Below, piece after piece: positions 7,309 through 17,521 of a DNA stretch of 19,868 nucleotides (position 1 is its first letter; the number at the start of each line of letters is the position of its first letter). The translations under genes were made by a program, and so were the position numbers. The notes under the pieces were generated by a model, which saw only the letters and a list, made by a program, of their open reading frames with translations, was not told where the DNA came from and ran no database searches. The DNA comes from Opitutales bacterium (lineage in GTDB: Bacteria; Verrucomicrobiota; Verrucomicrobiia; Opitutales; Coraliomargaritaceae). The stretch spans positions 1 to 19,868 of the forward strand of contig JBMYNR010000030.1 in NCBI GenBank assembly GCA_049598495.1, written 5' to 3'.

Positions 7309-8904
7309 ATGAAAGAAAAAGCCGCCAGCCCATCAGAGCCGATCTGCGTCGATATCATTTTGCTCCTGGAGCAATCTGAGAGCGCGGCTACTCAAAAGAC
7401 GGCGATTGCAAAAAAGCTGGGTGTCCCTGAATCGCGTATTGCCGGATTCCGCTTGCGCAAGCATTCCATCGATGCGAGGCAGCGTCAGATCAAGGTGCAG
7501 CTCCGGTTCGATGTGGGGCTTGATCAGCCACTGAAGGACGAGCCGCCGCCTAAGCTCGACTACCCAACAGCCTCTCTGAAGTCCAGAAAGGTAATTATCA
7601 TCGGTTGTGGCCCGGCCGGTATGTTTGCAGCCCTACGCGCACTTGAGCTAGGCCTACGCCCCATTGTTCTTGAACGCGGTAAAGATGCATCCTCGCGACG
7701 CTTCGATCTAGGGCCGATCCTCAAGGAAGGTCGTGTAATCAAGGACTCGAATTATTGTTTCGGTGAAGGTGGCGCGGGGACATTTTCAGACGGCAAGCTT
7801 TACACCCGGGCGACTAAGCGCGGGCCCGTTCGTGCGATCTACGAGACGCTCGTCACCCACGGTGCTCCGGAGCGCATCCTGATCGATGCACACCCGCACA
7901 TCGGTTCCAACTTGCTACCAAAGGTGGTCATGGCAATGCGCGAATCCATCCGCTCGGCGGGGGGCGAGGTCCATTTCGGCGCGAAGGTGGATCGGTTCCT
8001 GATACAGAACGGGAAGGTCCACGGCGTCCACTGTGTTGATGGCAGTGAGTATCAAAGCGAACTCGTCATTCTCGCAACGGGTCACTCCGCGCGCGATGTT
8101 TATGAGCAGCTGCACCAACAGGGGATCCGGCTTGAGCAAAAACCTTTTGCCGTCGGGGTGCGAATCGAGCATCCGCAACCCTTGATCGACAGCCTTCAAT
8201 ATCACTATACCCAAGGCGAAGAACGCTCCCGCCTGCTTCCGGCCGCGAGTTATCGGCTGGCCACCAAAATCGATGGACGAGGCGTCCACTCGTTTTGCAT
8301 GTGCCCGGGAGGCTTCATCGTGCCGGCAGCGACGGAAAATGACGAGGTCGTCGTCAACGGAATGAGTCTGGCCCGTCGTGATTCACCATTCGCGAACAGT
8401 GGCATGGTCGTCACCGTCGAACCGGAGGACACCGAGCCTTTCCGGAAGCAACACGGTGTCCTCGCAGGGATTGCCTTCCAAAAGGCCCTCGAGCAAGCCG
8501 CTAAGAAACATGGAGGCGGCGGCCAAGTCGCCCCCGCCCAACGGGTCACCGACTTCCTTACAGGCAAGGACTCGGATAGCCTGCCGAAGACCAGTTATTT
8601 CCCAGGTATTCAGCCGGCTCGCATTGATGAACTCCTCCCGGACTGGATCGTCTGCCGCATGGGTCGCGGCTTAGAGATCTTCGGTAAGCAAATGCGTGGT
8701 TACATTACTGAAGAGTGTAATTTAGTCGGCTTTGAGACCCGAACCAGCTCACCCATTCGTATCCCCAGAGATAAATCCACCCTGCAACACCCCGAGGTCG
8801 AAGGTCTCTTCCCCTGCGGCGAAGGTGCCGGTTTTGCAGGAGGCATCGTCAGTGCCGCGCTTGACGGTATGCGCTGCGCGGAGGCTGCCGCCGTTCAAGT
8901 ATGA
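7309..8904 (+). CDS. NAD(P)/FAD-dependent oxidoreductase, uncharacterised family
   Basis: Rossmann motif IIGCGPAG, FGEGGAGTFSDGKL, ATGHSARD, FCMCPGG and GEGAGFAGGIVSAALDG. Confidence 0.88.
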   Translation: MKEKAASPSEPICVDIILLLEQSESAATQKTAIAKKLGVPESRIAGFRLRKHSIDARQRQIKVQLRFDVGLDQPLKDEPPPKLDYPTASLKSRKVIIIGCGPAGMFAALRALELGLRPIVLERGKDASSRRFDLGPILKEGRVIKDSNYCFGEGGAGTFSDGKLYTRATKRGPVRAIYETLVTHGAPERILIDAHPHIGSNLLPKVVMAMRESIRSAGGEVHFGAKVDRFLIQNGKVHGVHCVDGSEYQSELVILATGHSARDVYEQLHQQGIRLEQKPFAVGVRIEHPQPLIDSLQYHYTQGEERSRLLPAASYRLATKIDGRGVHSFCMCPGGFIVPAATENDEVVVNGMSLARRDSPFANSGMVVTVEPEDTEPFRKQHGVLAGIAFQKALEQAAKKHGGGGQVAPAQRVTDFLTGKDSDSLPKTSYFPGIQPARIDELLPDWIVCRMGRGLEIFGKQMRGYITEECNLVGFETRTSSPIRIPRDKSTLQHPEVEGLFPCGEGAGFAGGIVSAALDGMRCAEAAAVQV

Positions 8905-10970
8905 TTGGACTGATCGAAAATACGGGCGGCGCACCGCTCGAGCAGGGCTACCTGCTTAGGATCACGGAAAGCATCTTTGAAGAAGGTGGCTATCTGCAAT
9001 CCGAGCTCAACCTGCATCACCGCCCCGAGCAGGCAGTGATGGCGGCGTCCGTGGCCACCGCTCTTGAATCGGGACAGCCTCTTCTCTTTGAAGCAGGCAC
9101 CGGAGTCGGCAAAAGTCTCGCCTATCTCATCCCCGGGATCATTCACTCCGTCAACAGCGAGCGTCCCTTCATCGTCTCCAGCCATACAATCAGCCTGCAG
9201 GAGCAAATTCGGGAAAAAGATCTGAAGATCTGCCGGCAACTCTTCAATAAGGTTCCGGCTTTGCGACGGTTTGCTGCCTTTAAAACCGCACTCATGCTCG
9301 GCAAAGCAAACTACTGCTGCAGCACACGCCTCGGTAACGCCCTCAAAGAGGCGCAATCGGCTAAACAGAGCGAACTCTTCAAGAGTGATGAAAAGGAGGA
9401 TCTTGTGCGTATCGCCACGTGGTCAGCTGAGGCAAAGAACGGCGTCATTCAAGAGCTTTCGCCGGCGCCGCTCCCGGAAGTCTGGGACGCCATCAGTGCA
9501 GATAGTTCAACCTGTTCGAGGAAAAACTGCGATGCTTCCATTTGCTTCTACCAAAGGGCACGCAAGCAACTGCTTTCGGCCAACTGTGTGATCGTCAACC
9601 ACAGCCTCTTATTCTCGCTGATCAATGCAGGCATGCAACCGGAGGGCGATGCCCGAGGCATTCTTCTAGCAGATGATTTCGTCGTGCTGGATGAGGCTCA
9701 TCGCATCCCGGCTATCGCAACCGACCACTTTGGCACCCATGTGAGTTCCTTCGCAGTGAATCGTGCGCTCACTCGTATCTTCAATCCGCGAACAAACCGC
9801 GGCGTCCTAAAACGCCATGGCCAGAAATGGGATCTCGATGCCGTCGATAATGCGATCAGTGCCGCAAAAGAGTTTTTCGGCTACCTCGCCGACACTTATC
9901 TGACAAAGCAAGCAATTCGTCGCATCCATGATGCCGACTTTTGCGACAACATCATTAGCGGACCCCTTAAAGAAGTCGCCGAACGCCTGGGAGCCGTTAT
10001 CCAAAACAGTGACGATGAGCGTGTTCAAGACGAACTCCGCGACCACCGTCGCCGCGTCCTCGGCTACCGCGATGCGATCAACGGCTTCATTGCCTTTGCG
10101 GAGGAAGATCATGTCCAGTGGATGGAGCGCGGCGGGAAGAAGGGGCAAATCGTAACCCTTCGCAGCGCGCCTCTGGATGTGGCTCCCTATCTGCGACAGC
10201 ACGTTTTCTCTCGGGGCACAGCAGCCGTCCTCACCAGTGCAACCCTATCCGACGGGGCCTCGATGGATTCCTTCCAGGAAAAGGTGGGCGCCGAAACCGC
10301 TGAGGCCGAGATCGTTGCATCTCCTTTCGACTACGAGAACAATTGTCGTGTCTACATCGCCAATGATGCCCCACAACCGGAACCGGGCCAGGGCCGCCTC
10401 GACCTCGACTACCTCGCCAATATGATCTGTTGGTGCGCCCGGAGGGTCAAAGGTGGCACACTCGTTCTCTTTACGAGCCATTTCGATCTGCGTCAGGTTC
10501 GTGATCGAACAGAGGCTTTTTTCAAGAAGATCGGTCGTCCGCTTTATTCACAAGGGCACCAGGTGGCACGCTCCGAGATTACCCGCGAGTTTACGACCGC
10601 AGGCAACGGCGTGCTCCTTGGCACCGACAGTTTCTGGACCGGCGTCGACATCCCCGGACCGGCGCTCTCGCAGATCATCATTGCCCGTCTGCCCTTTGAG
10701 AACCCGAGCCATCCCGTTAGCGAGGCACGCAGCGAGTATATCCGAGAACGCGGCGGCAACCCCTTTTCCGAGATGACCATTCCTGAAGCGCTGGTTAAAT
10801 TCCGCCAAGGCATGGGGCGCCTCATTCGTCGCCATGACGATGCCGGAAATATTGTCATCCTTGACTCACGCATCTTGACGAAACCTTATGGCGCCCACTT
10901 TATTAATGCTCTACCGGTGAAGCATTACGAGCGATTCAACCGCGATAACCGCGAGTCCGTTTTCGACTAG
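8901..10970 (+). CDS. ATP-dependent DinG/YoaA-family SF2 helicase with Fe-S cluster cysteines
   Basis: EAGTGVGKS, NYCC...CSRKNC...CFY, VIVNHSLL, DEAH, TSATL, FWTGVDIPG and QGMGRLIR. ATGA overlap with the upstream gene. Confidence 0.93.
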   Translation: MIGLIENTGGAPLEQGYLLRITESIFEEGGYLQSELNLHHRPEQAVMAASVATALESGQPLLFEAGTGVGKSLAYLIPGIIHSVNSERPFIVSSHTISLQEQIREKDLKICRQLFNKVPALRRFAAFKTALMLGKANYCCSTRLGNALKEAQSAKQSELFKSDEKEDLVRIATWSAEAKNGVIQELSPAPLPEVWDAISADSSTCSRKNCDASICFYQRARKQLLSANCVIVNHSLLFSLINAGMQPEGDARGILLADDFVVLDEAHRIPAIATDHFGTHVSSFAVNRALTRIFNPRTNRGVLKRHGQKWDLDAVDNAISAAKEFFGYLADTYLTKQAIRRIHDADFCDNIISGPLKEVAERLGAVIQNSDDERVQDELRDHRRRVLGYRDAINGFIAFAEEDHVQWMERGGKKGQIVTLRSAPLDVAPYLRQHVFSRGTAAVLTSATLSDGASMDSFQEKVGAETAEAEIVASPFDYENNCRVYIANDAPQPEPGQGRLDLDYLANMICWCARRVKGGTLVLFTSHFDLRQVRDRTEAFFKKIGRPLYSQGHQVARSEITREFTTAGNGVLLGTDSFWTGVDIPGPALSQIIIARLPFENPSHPVSEARSEYIRERGGNPFSEMTIPEALVKFRQGMGRLIRRHDDAGNIVILDSRILTKPYGAHFINALPVKHYERFNRDNRESVFD

Positions 10971-10997
10971 CTCGCCACAGAAGATTTTTGCCCTCAT

Positions 10998-11174
10998 ATG
11001 CAAATCCACATCCATGCAATCACCTCCCCGGACACAGCAATCGAGATCGACGGGAATGCCCTCTTCACGGATCATGTGCACCCCTTAAGCGGTTTGTGCA
11101 GGCTCAAGGTGGCCAAGGCCGCCCGTGAGTCTCTCCATGTAGCCGCCAGCCCGAACCGGGCTCCGGTAAAATAA
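10998..11174 (+). CDS. Possible small protein (58 aa), function unknown
   Basis: ATG...TAA ORF (MQIHIHAITSPDTAIEIDGNALFTDHVHPLSGLCRLKVAKAARESLHVAASPNRAPVK) fills the gap between the helicase and TPR genes. No family recognised. Confidence 0.35.
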   Translation: MQIHIHAITSPDTAIEIDGNALFTDHVHPLSGLCRLKVAKAARESLHVAASPNRAPVK

Positions 11175-11185
11175 CGACAGCGAAA

Positions 11186-11500
11186 ATGAGTGAGCCAAAG
11201 AAATCAGAGCGCTTCCACCCGAAGGTGAAGGCAAATCCCGACAATATGCTCTTCCGCTTTAGCCTCGGGCAGGCGCTCTACGAGGAAGGCGACTGTGTCG
11301 CCGCCATCCCCCATCTCCTGTGCTGCGCCGAATCGAAGGACGACTGGATGCTACCGCGGATTCTGCTGGGGAAATCACTTCTCCAAAACGAGCGCGAAGC
11401 CGAGGCGAAACCAATCCTCGAGGAAGCCCTCAAACTGGCGATCGAGCAGCATCACGACGATCCCGCCACTGAATTGAGGGCGATTCTGGAAGATCTTTAA
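11186..11500 (+). CDS. Small tetratricopeptide-repeat protein
   Basis: Two TPR-like units: PDNMLFRFSLGQALYEEG...AIPHL and LPRILLGKSLLQNEREAEAKPILEEALKLA. Confidence 0.82.
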   Translation: MSEPKKSERFHPKVKANPDNMLFRFSLGQALYEEGDCVAAIPHLLCCAESKDDWMLPRILLGKSLLQNEREAEAKPILEEALKLAIEQHHDDPATELRAILEDL

Positions 11501-11522
11501 GCGCGGAAAGCCAGCGTGCTAC
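11501..11522 (-). repeat. Degenerate or partial REP
   Basis: Minus strand GTAGCACGCTGGCTTTCCGCGC has a family-type 5' half but a decayed 3' arm. Confidence 0.45.
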
Positions 11523-11611
11523 GGGAAACGACACCAGAGGCTAAATACCTCCGAGCACAGCGGCATCCCCTGATCGCAGGGTACAATTTTTCATACGGGG
11601 TAGGCCTTCTC

Positions 11612-11682
11612 GTAGCACGACGGCGATAGCCGTTGTGAACGTCTGGCAAGTACCTGAACACTGACTATCGTCAGCGTTCTAC
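11612..11682. repeat. Inverted heterodimeric REP doublet
   Basis: GTAGCACGACGGCGATAGCCGTTGTG (11612-11637) faces minus-strand GTAGAACGCTGACGATAGTCAGTGTT (11657-11682). Same two REP types as 5910-6014. Confidence 0.88.
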
Positions 11683-11743
11683 AATCTGAATTTATCCCGT
11701 GACTATAATGATACCCCTGATTGCAAAAGGCCGCTTTCTGGCC

Positions 11744-11771
11744 TTGCAGTCTGTGAAATCAGCCCTAATCT
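11744..11771 (+). promoter_or_regulatory. Possible sigma70 promoter for fusA
   Basis: TTGCAG-16 nt-TAATCT about 97 nt upstream of the ATG. A separate perfect TATAAT at 11704-11709 has no clear -35. Confidence 0.3.
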
Positions 11772-11867
11772 CCGCCTCTTTTTTGGAATTTCTCGGCTCA
11801 AAATCCCGCAGATAAATCACGCCTAAAGCACACGACTACAGACTTTTAACAAATATACGATACGATC

Positions 11868-14000
<2,133 letters not shown>

Positions 14001-14047
14001 GTGCTTCGCGCAGAGGTCAGAAGGCAGATGCCAGTGACCAGTTTTTC

Positions 14048-14080
14048 AAAGTCCCCGTCTCGAAAGAGCGGGGACTTTTC
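14048..14080 (+). terminator. Rho-independent terminator of fusA
   Basis: AAAGTCCCCG(T)CTC-GAAA-GAGCGGGGACTTTT hairpin with a GNRA loop and T tail. Confidence 0.88.
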
Positions 14081-14169
14081 CGTAAGATGCACTTCTCAGT
14101 TTTCACGACACGCGCTTCACGAGAACGTTCTGCGATTCGTTTGACCTAGACTAGCCCGAATATTGCACC

Positions 14170-14264
14170 AGTTTGTTGCTGTCGTTCTTTATCTTGTTAC
14201 GGGATGGCTACTTGCGAGTTTTCTCCAAAAACTCGTCGTGTCACAAAAGTGACAGCAACAAACT
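14170..14264. repeat. 95-bp segment bounded by a perfect 14-bp inverted repeat, with an internal hairpin
   Basis: AGTTTGTTGCTGTC (14170-14183) / GACAGCAACAAACT (14251-14264); internal CGAGTTTT-CTCCA-AAAACTCG (14215-14235). Confidence 0.6.
14239..14254. promoter_or_regulatory. Candidate enhancer-binding-protein site (TGT-N10-ACA palindrome)
   Basis: TGTCAC-AAAA-GTGACA perfect dyad about 95 nt upstream of a GG-N10-GC element. Confidence 0.45.
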
Positions 14265-14346
14265 TTGAGTCCAGAAGCGTCCCTGGCTGTGTTCCGAGCG
14301 CGTAACCCACTTAGTCACGCACTTTAGTGCGCTCCTGCGTGGAACA

Positions 14347-14361
14347 CGGCTCGCGCCTTGC
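14347..14361 (+). promoter_or_regulatory. Candidate sigma54 (-24/-12) promoter
   Basis: CGGCTCGCGCCTTGC has exact GG-N10-GC spacing and 2 mismatches to TGGCACG-N4-TTGC; it ends 53 nt before ATG 14415. Confidence 0.5.
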
Positions 14362-14414
14362 CAAAGCCAATTCTGGATCTCATCAACCGTTCATTCTAAG
14401 TTCGCAATTTCGGG

Positions 14415-17400
14415 ATGATCGCTTCTATTTGGAAGGTGGTTTTGAAATACCAAAAAACAAATGCGACTGCCAAACACGGGTTTGCCCTTGTGATCGCACT
14501 ATCTCTGATGGCATTCATCTTGGTTCTGGTCCTATCCATGTCGTTGTTCGTGCAGGTGGAAAGCGCAAGCAGCTCAACCGCTCTCGCCCAGCTACGCGCG
14601 AAAGAGTCAGCGAAACTCGCACTCTTTATGGCCCTCGGTGACCTACAAAAACACGCGGGCCCCGATCAACGCGTGACCGCCCGGGCGGAGATTCTGGGCT
14701 CAGGAGATCAGTTACCAGAAAGTAAGCTCTGGACTGGCGTCTGGGATACGACTGATCCGGCAGCCGACCCGTTTTGGCTAGTCTCCGGCAATGTGGCCAA
14801 TCCAAGCCAAATCGACTCGCCTGTGCAGCTTCAAGTTGAGTATGACCACAACGACGATGGTTCATTCGACTCGGACTTTGATGTCCCTGCTACTAAAGCG
14901 CCAGCTATTGACCTAGATTCCGGGTATGGGCGTATCGCGTGGTGGATCTCTGACGAGGGGGTTAAAGCGCCTATCCGCCCTGTATCTGGTGTTTTCGAGG
15001 AAATCGGCCGTGTAGGCAATGGGACTCCCATCCCAGATTATTTTGGTTATAGCGAAAGAACCATCCGAAGCGCGGCATTTCAACACGACCCTGTTTTCGA
15101 TTTTCTAATCTTCAACGACGACTTCCCTGATATCGAAAAGCTCTTTGATATCACCGACTCTGCCGATTCTGTCCTGGACGGTATTGAGAAAGCCGAATCT
15201 CTCGAAGAAATAGCCATATTGATCGCCGACTTCCCCCCGAAACTCCGGGATCAAGTCCTTTCGGAATTTTTGCATTCTTCAGCGACAGACAATCTATTCG
15301 TTCTAACAAACACTAAGGATGGCGGCCTAAAGAAAGACCTGAGCTTTCTAAAAACAATCGATCTTGATTCGGTTACACTTTCTCAGTTGGACACCCTATA
15401 CAATGATCCCGACAACTACATAACCCCAGAACTGGCTCGGGCCCTTTTCACTGACTTTGAACCGATCGCCGGCGATGCCAGCGCAATGTTGGGCATGCAG
15501 ATCCCACGCGACACTATTAGTGCCGTGGAAGCCGCCCCCGAGGATTTCTCGATTTTGCCAGTCATAACCGAATTCCAACTCAGCGCCGGAATCGCCGCAG
15601 ATGATCAATCTGCATCGGGCGAAGTATATTTTGTCCACAAGGTCTACGTGGAACTTTGGAATCCTTACACCGTTCCATTCGTCGTCGGAAAAACTGATTT
15701 AGCAAGCGAACAGGGCTTCTCCGACATACGAATCGAGATCGCGAACCTACCTACATTTACCATTACAAATGACACCTCAGGCGAGAGCGTTAGCGGTAGC
15801 ATCCCGGATCAAGACTACTTGTTCAGCAGCGAAGGCGAAGAGAAGATACTGCGGCCTGGAATGGTATATTATAGAACTCTTCCGCGCGATTCTGCAGGAG
15901 ACGAAGATAGCGGAGCTTATCACACCCCGCTCGGCATTGAGCTTTCGGGCGTCAACAGCGATGGCTACACGGGCGCTTTCTCAATGTCTGGTCCGATCGA
16001 AATCACTTTCATAGCAGTAAGCTCGAGTGGCGACGAGAAAGAGATCTATCGATTCGTACTCGACGGCTATCCAGACTTTGAGATCGATTATGGTTCACAA
16101 AGCAGTGACCGGGCCACTTGGTTCAATCGCAGGCGCACGTCCGAAAATGGTCAATTTGGCATGAACAACGAGTCACTTGAAAGGCTTGGGTATGCTTTCG
16201 GTTTTCGATTTAAAATGCTTGATAGCCAGAATTCGGAAACTCTGGTTACCGACATCTCGAACTGGCTTAGCCTACGAGATCCGCGAAGAAGAAGTTTTTC
16301 GGTGGATCTTGCAACGTGGGATATTAACAGCGCATGGGAAGATCCATCCACGCCCCCTTATGATTTCCGGCTGAGCAGCAACGATTTCGACCCAGGTCTT
16401 TTTCACCCCAACGAGAGCTTTAAGAGTGATGACTTCTTTTATTATAAGACGTTTGGAAGCGGTCGCAGGGACCGAATCGCTCGCTTCTTCAACCTTCCCA
16501 CGGGAGAGCCGACAAGGTTGGATCTGCTAAATGCGATAAGCTACCAGAATGTCCCTCCTAACCCGATTGGAAATCCATGGGGAGACGACCGTAATGCGCT
16601 CTATGATCGATACTTCTTCTCTACACTTCCCGATCCATCATCCACAGACGTTGATGTTTTTTCGAAGCCACTACTCAATGCTCGCCTAAAGATTCTTGAT
16701 TCCGCCCCGGTCCTTGATGGAGTGGACTCAGCCGAAAACTTCTTGGTTGAGAACGGATTCAACCTTAACTCAACCTCTCCACTGGCGTGGGCAAAGGTTC
16801 TAAGTGGAAATCAGTTTGCTGCAAGCGCACTGGAAATGCAGTATGAACAGGGGAATTTTCCTGACGAGCCAGAGTGGTTTTCGACCTCAAACTCAATCGC
16901 AAATGGTATCTTCAAGTTTCCGGAGGCTGCTGCATTCAATACGACCGAGCAACACAACTCTCCAAGGTATGAGCTTATCCTAAGGGAGAACGTTAGCGCC
17001 TATGAAACACAATTCAGTATCGACTCCGTGGATTGGAGAGCAGAACGGCAGTTCCCTGCTTTCATTCAGAATCTCCGAGAAATGCAGCGGACCGAATCGT
17101 TGGAGTTAGGGCGGGCAATTGTAGATGAGATAAAGCGGTTTCATTCAAACAACGGCCACCCTCCCATGAATCTAGAGGATTATCTCTCCAGCGGGCTCAT
17201 ACAAACCGCCATCAACGAGACTCCTAGCCTGAATCAACGCGAAAATGGCTTTGACGAAATTCCCACATTTGTCCCTGCGAACATAGATCAACGAGCAATA
17301 TTAAATATGCTAGCTGGGTTTGCGAGCGTGCGCTCTGATACATTCAGAATCACAGCCCGCGCTGACATCACTGATCCGCTCACTGGGACAGCAGCAGGCA

Positions 17401-17513
17401 CGATGTTCTGCCGAGCACGGGTTCAAAGACTGCCGTTGGAACACGACAATCCGAATTTCGGTCGAAAATTTAACATACTAGAAATCGAATGGGATAGCTC
17501 TGGGTTCGATTGA
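14415..17513 (+). CDS. Giant PilX/GspK-like prepilin protein (Verrucomicrobia-type, reminiscent of Verru_Chthon cassette protein A)
   Basis: KHG|FALVIALSLMAFILVLVLSM prepilin-like N-terminus without Glu5, followed by ALGDLQKHAGPDQRVTARA, WWISDEGVKA, GGLKKDLS, VELWNPY and C-terminal VRSDTFRITA. The exact start is uncertain. Confidence 0.8.
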   Translation: MIASIWKVVLKYQKTNATAKHGFALVIALSLMAFILVLVLSMSLFVQVESASSSTALAQLRAKESAKLALFMALGDLQKHAGPDQRVTARAEILGSGDQLPESKLWTGVWDTTDPAADPFWLVSGNVANPSQIDSPVQLQVEYDHNDDGSFDSDFDVPATKAPAIDLDSGYGRIAWWISDEGVKAPIRPVSGVFEEIGRVGNGTPIPDYFGYSERTIRSAAFQHDPVFDFLIFNDDFPDIEKLFDITDSADSVLDGIEKAESLEEIAILIADFPPKLRDQVLSEFLHSSATDNLFVLTNTKDGGLKKDLSFLKTIDLDSVTLSQLDTLYNDPDNYITPELARALFTDFEPIAGDASAMLGMQIPRDTISAVEAAPEDFSILPVITEFQLSAGIAADDQSASGEVYFVHKVYVELWNPYTVPFVVGKTDLASEQGFSDIRIEIANLPTFTITNDTSGESVSGSIPDQDYLFSSEGEEKILRPGMVYYRTLPRDSAGDEDSGAYHTPLGIELSGVNSDGYTGAFSMSGPIEITFIAVSSSGDEKEIYRFVLDGYPDFEIDYGSQSSDRATWFNRRRTSENGQFGMNNESLERLGYAFGFRFKMLDSQNSETLVTDISNWLSLRDPRRRSFSVDLATWDINSAWEDPSTPPYDFRLSSNDFDPGLFHPNESFKSDDFFYYKTFGSGRRDRIARFFNLPTGEPTRLDLLNAISYQNVPPNPIGNPWGDDRNALYDRYFFSTLPDPSSTDVDVFSKPLLNARLKILDSAPVLDGVDSAENFLVENGFNLNSTSPLAWAKVLSGNQFAASALEMQYEQGNFPDEPEWFSTSNSIANGIFKFPEAAAFNTTEQHNSPRYELILRENVSAYETQFSIDSVDWRAERQFPAFIQNLREMQRTESLELGRAIVDEIKRFHSNNGHPPMNLEDYLSSGLIQTAINETPSLNQRENGFDEIPTFVPANIDQRAILNMLAGFASVRSDTFRITARADITDPLTGTAAGTMFCRARVQRLPLEHDNPNFGRKFNILEIEWDSSGFD

Positions 17514-17521
17514 TCAGCATC

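Noticed and set aside
8901..10970. DinG as a type IV CRISPR or anti-phage defence component
   Set aside because: No cas or defence genes nearby; it has the Fe-S cysteines and housekeeping context of YoaA/DinG repair helicases.
14327..14641. 104-aa ORF overlapping the start of the giant pilin-like gene
   Set aside because: Out of frame with a well-supported CDS and spans the putative promoter.
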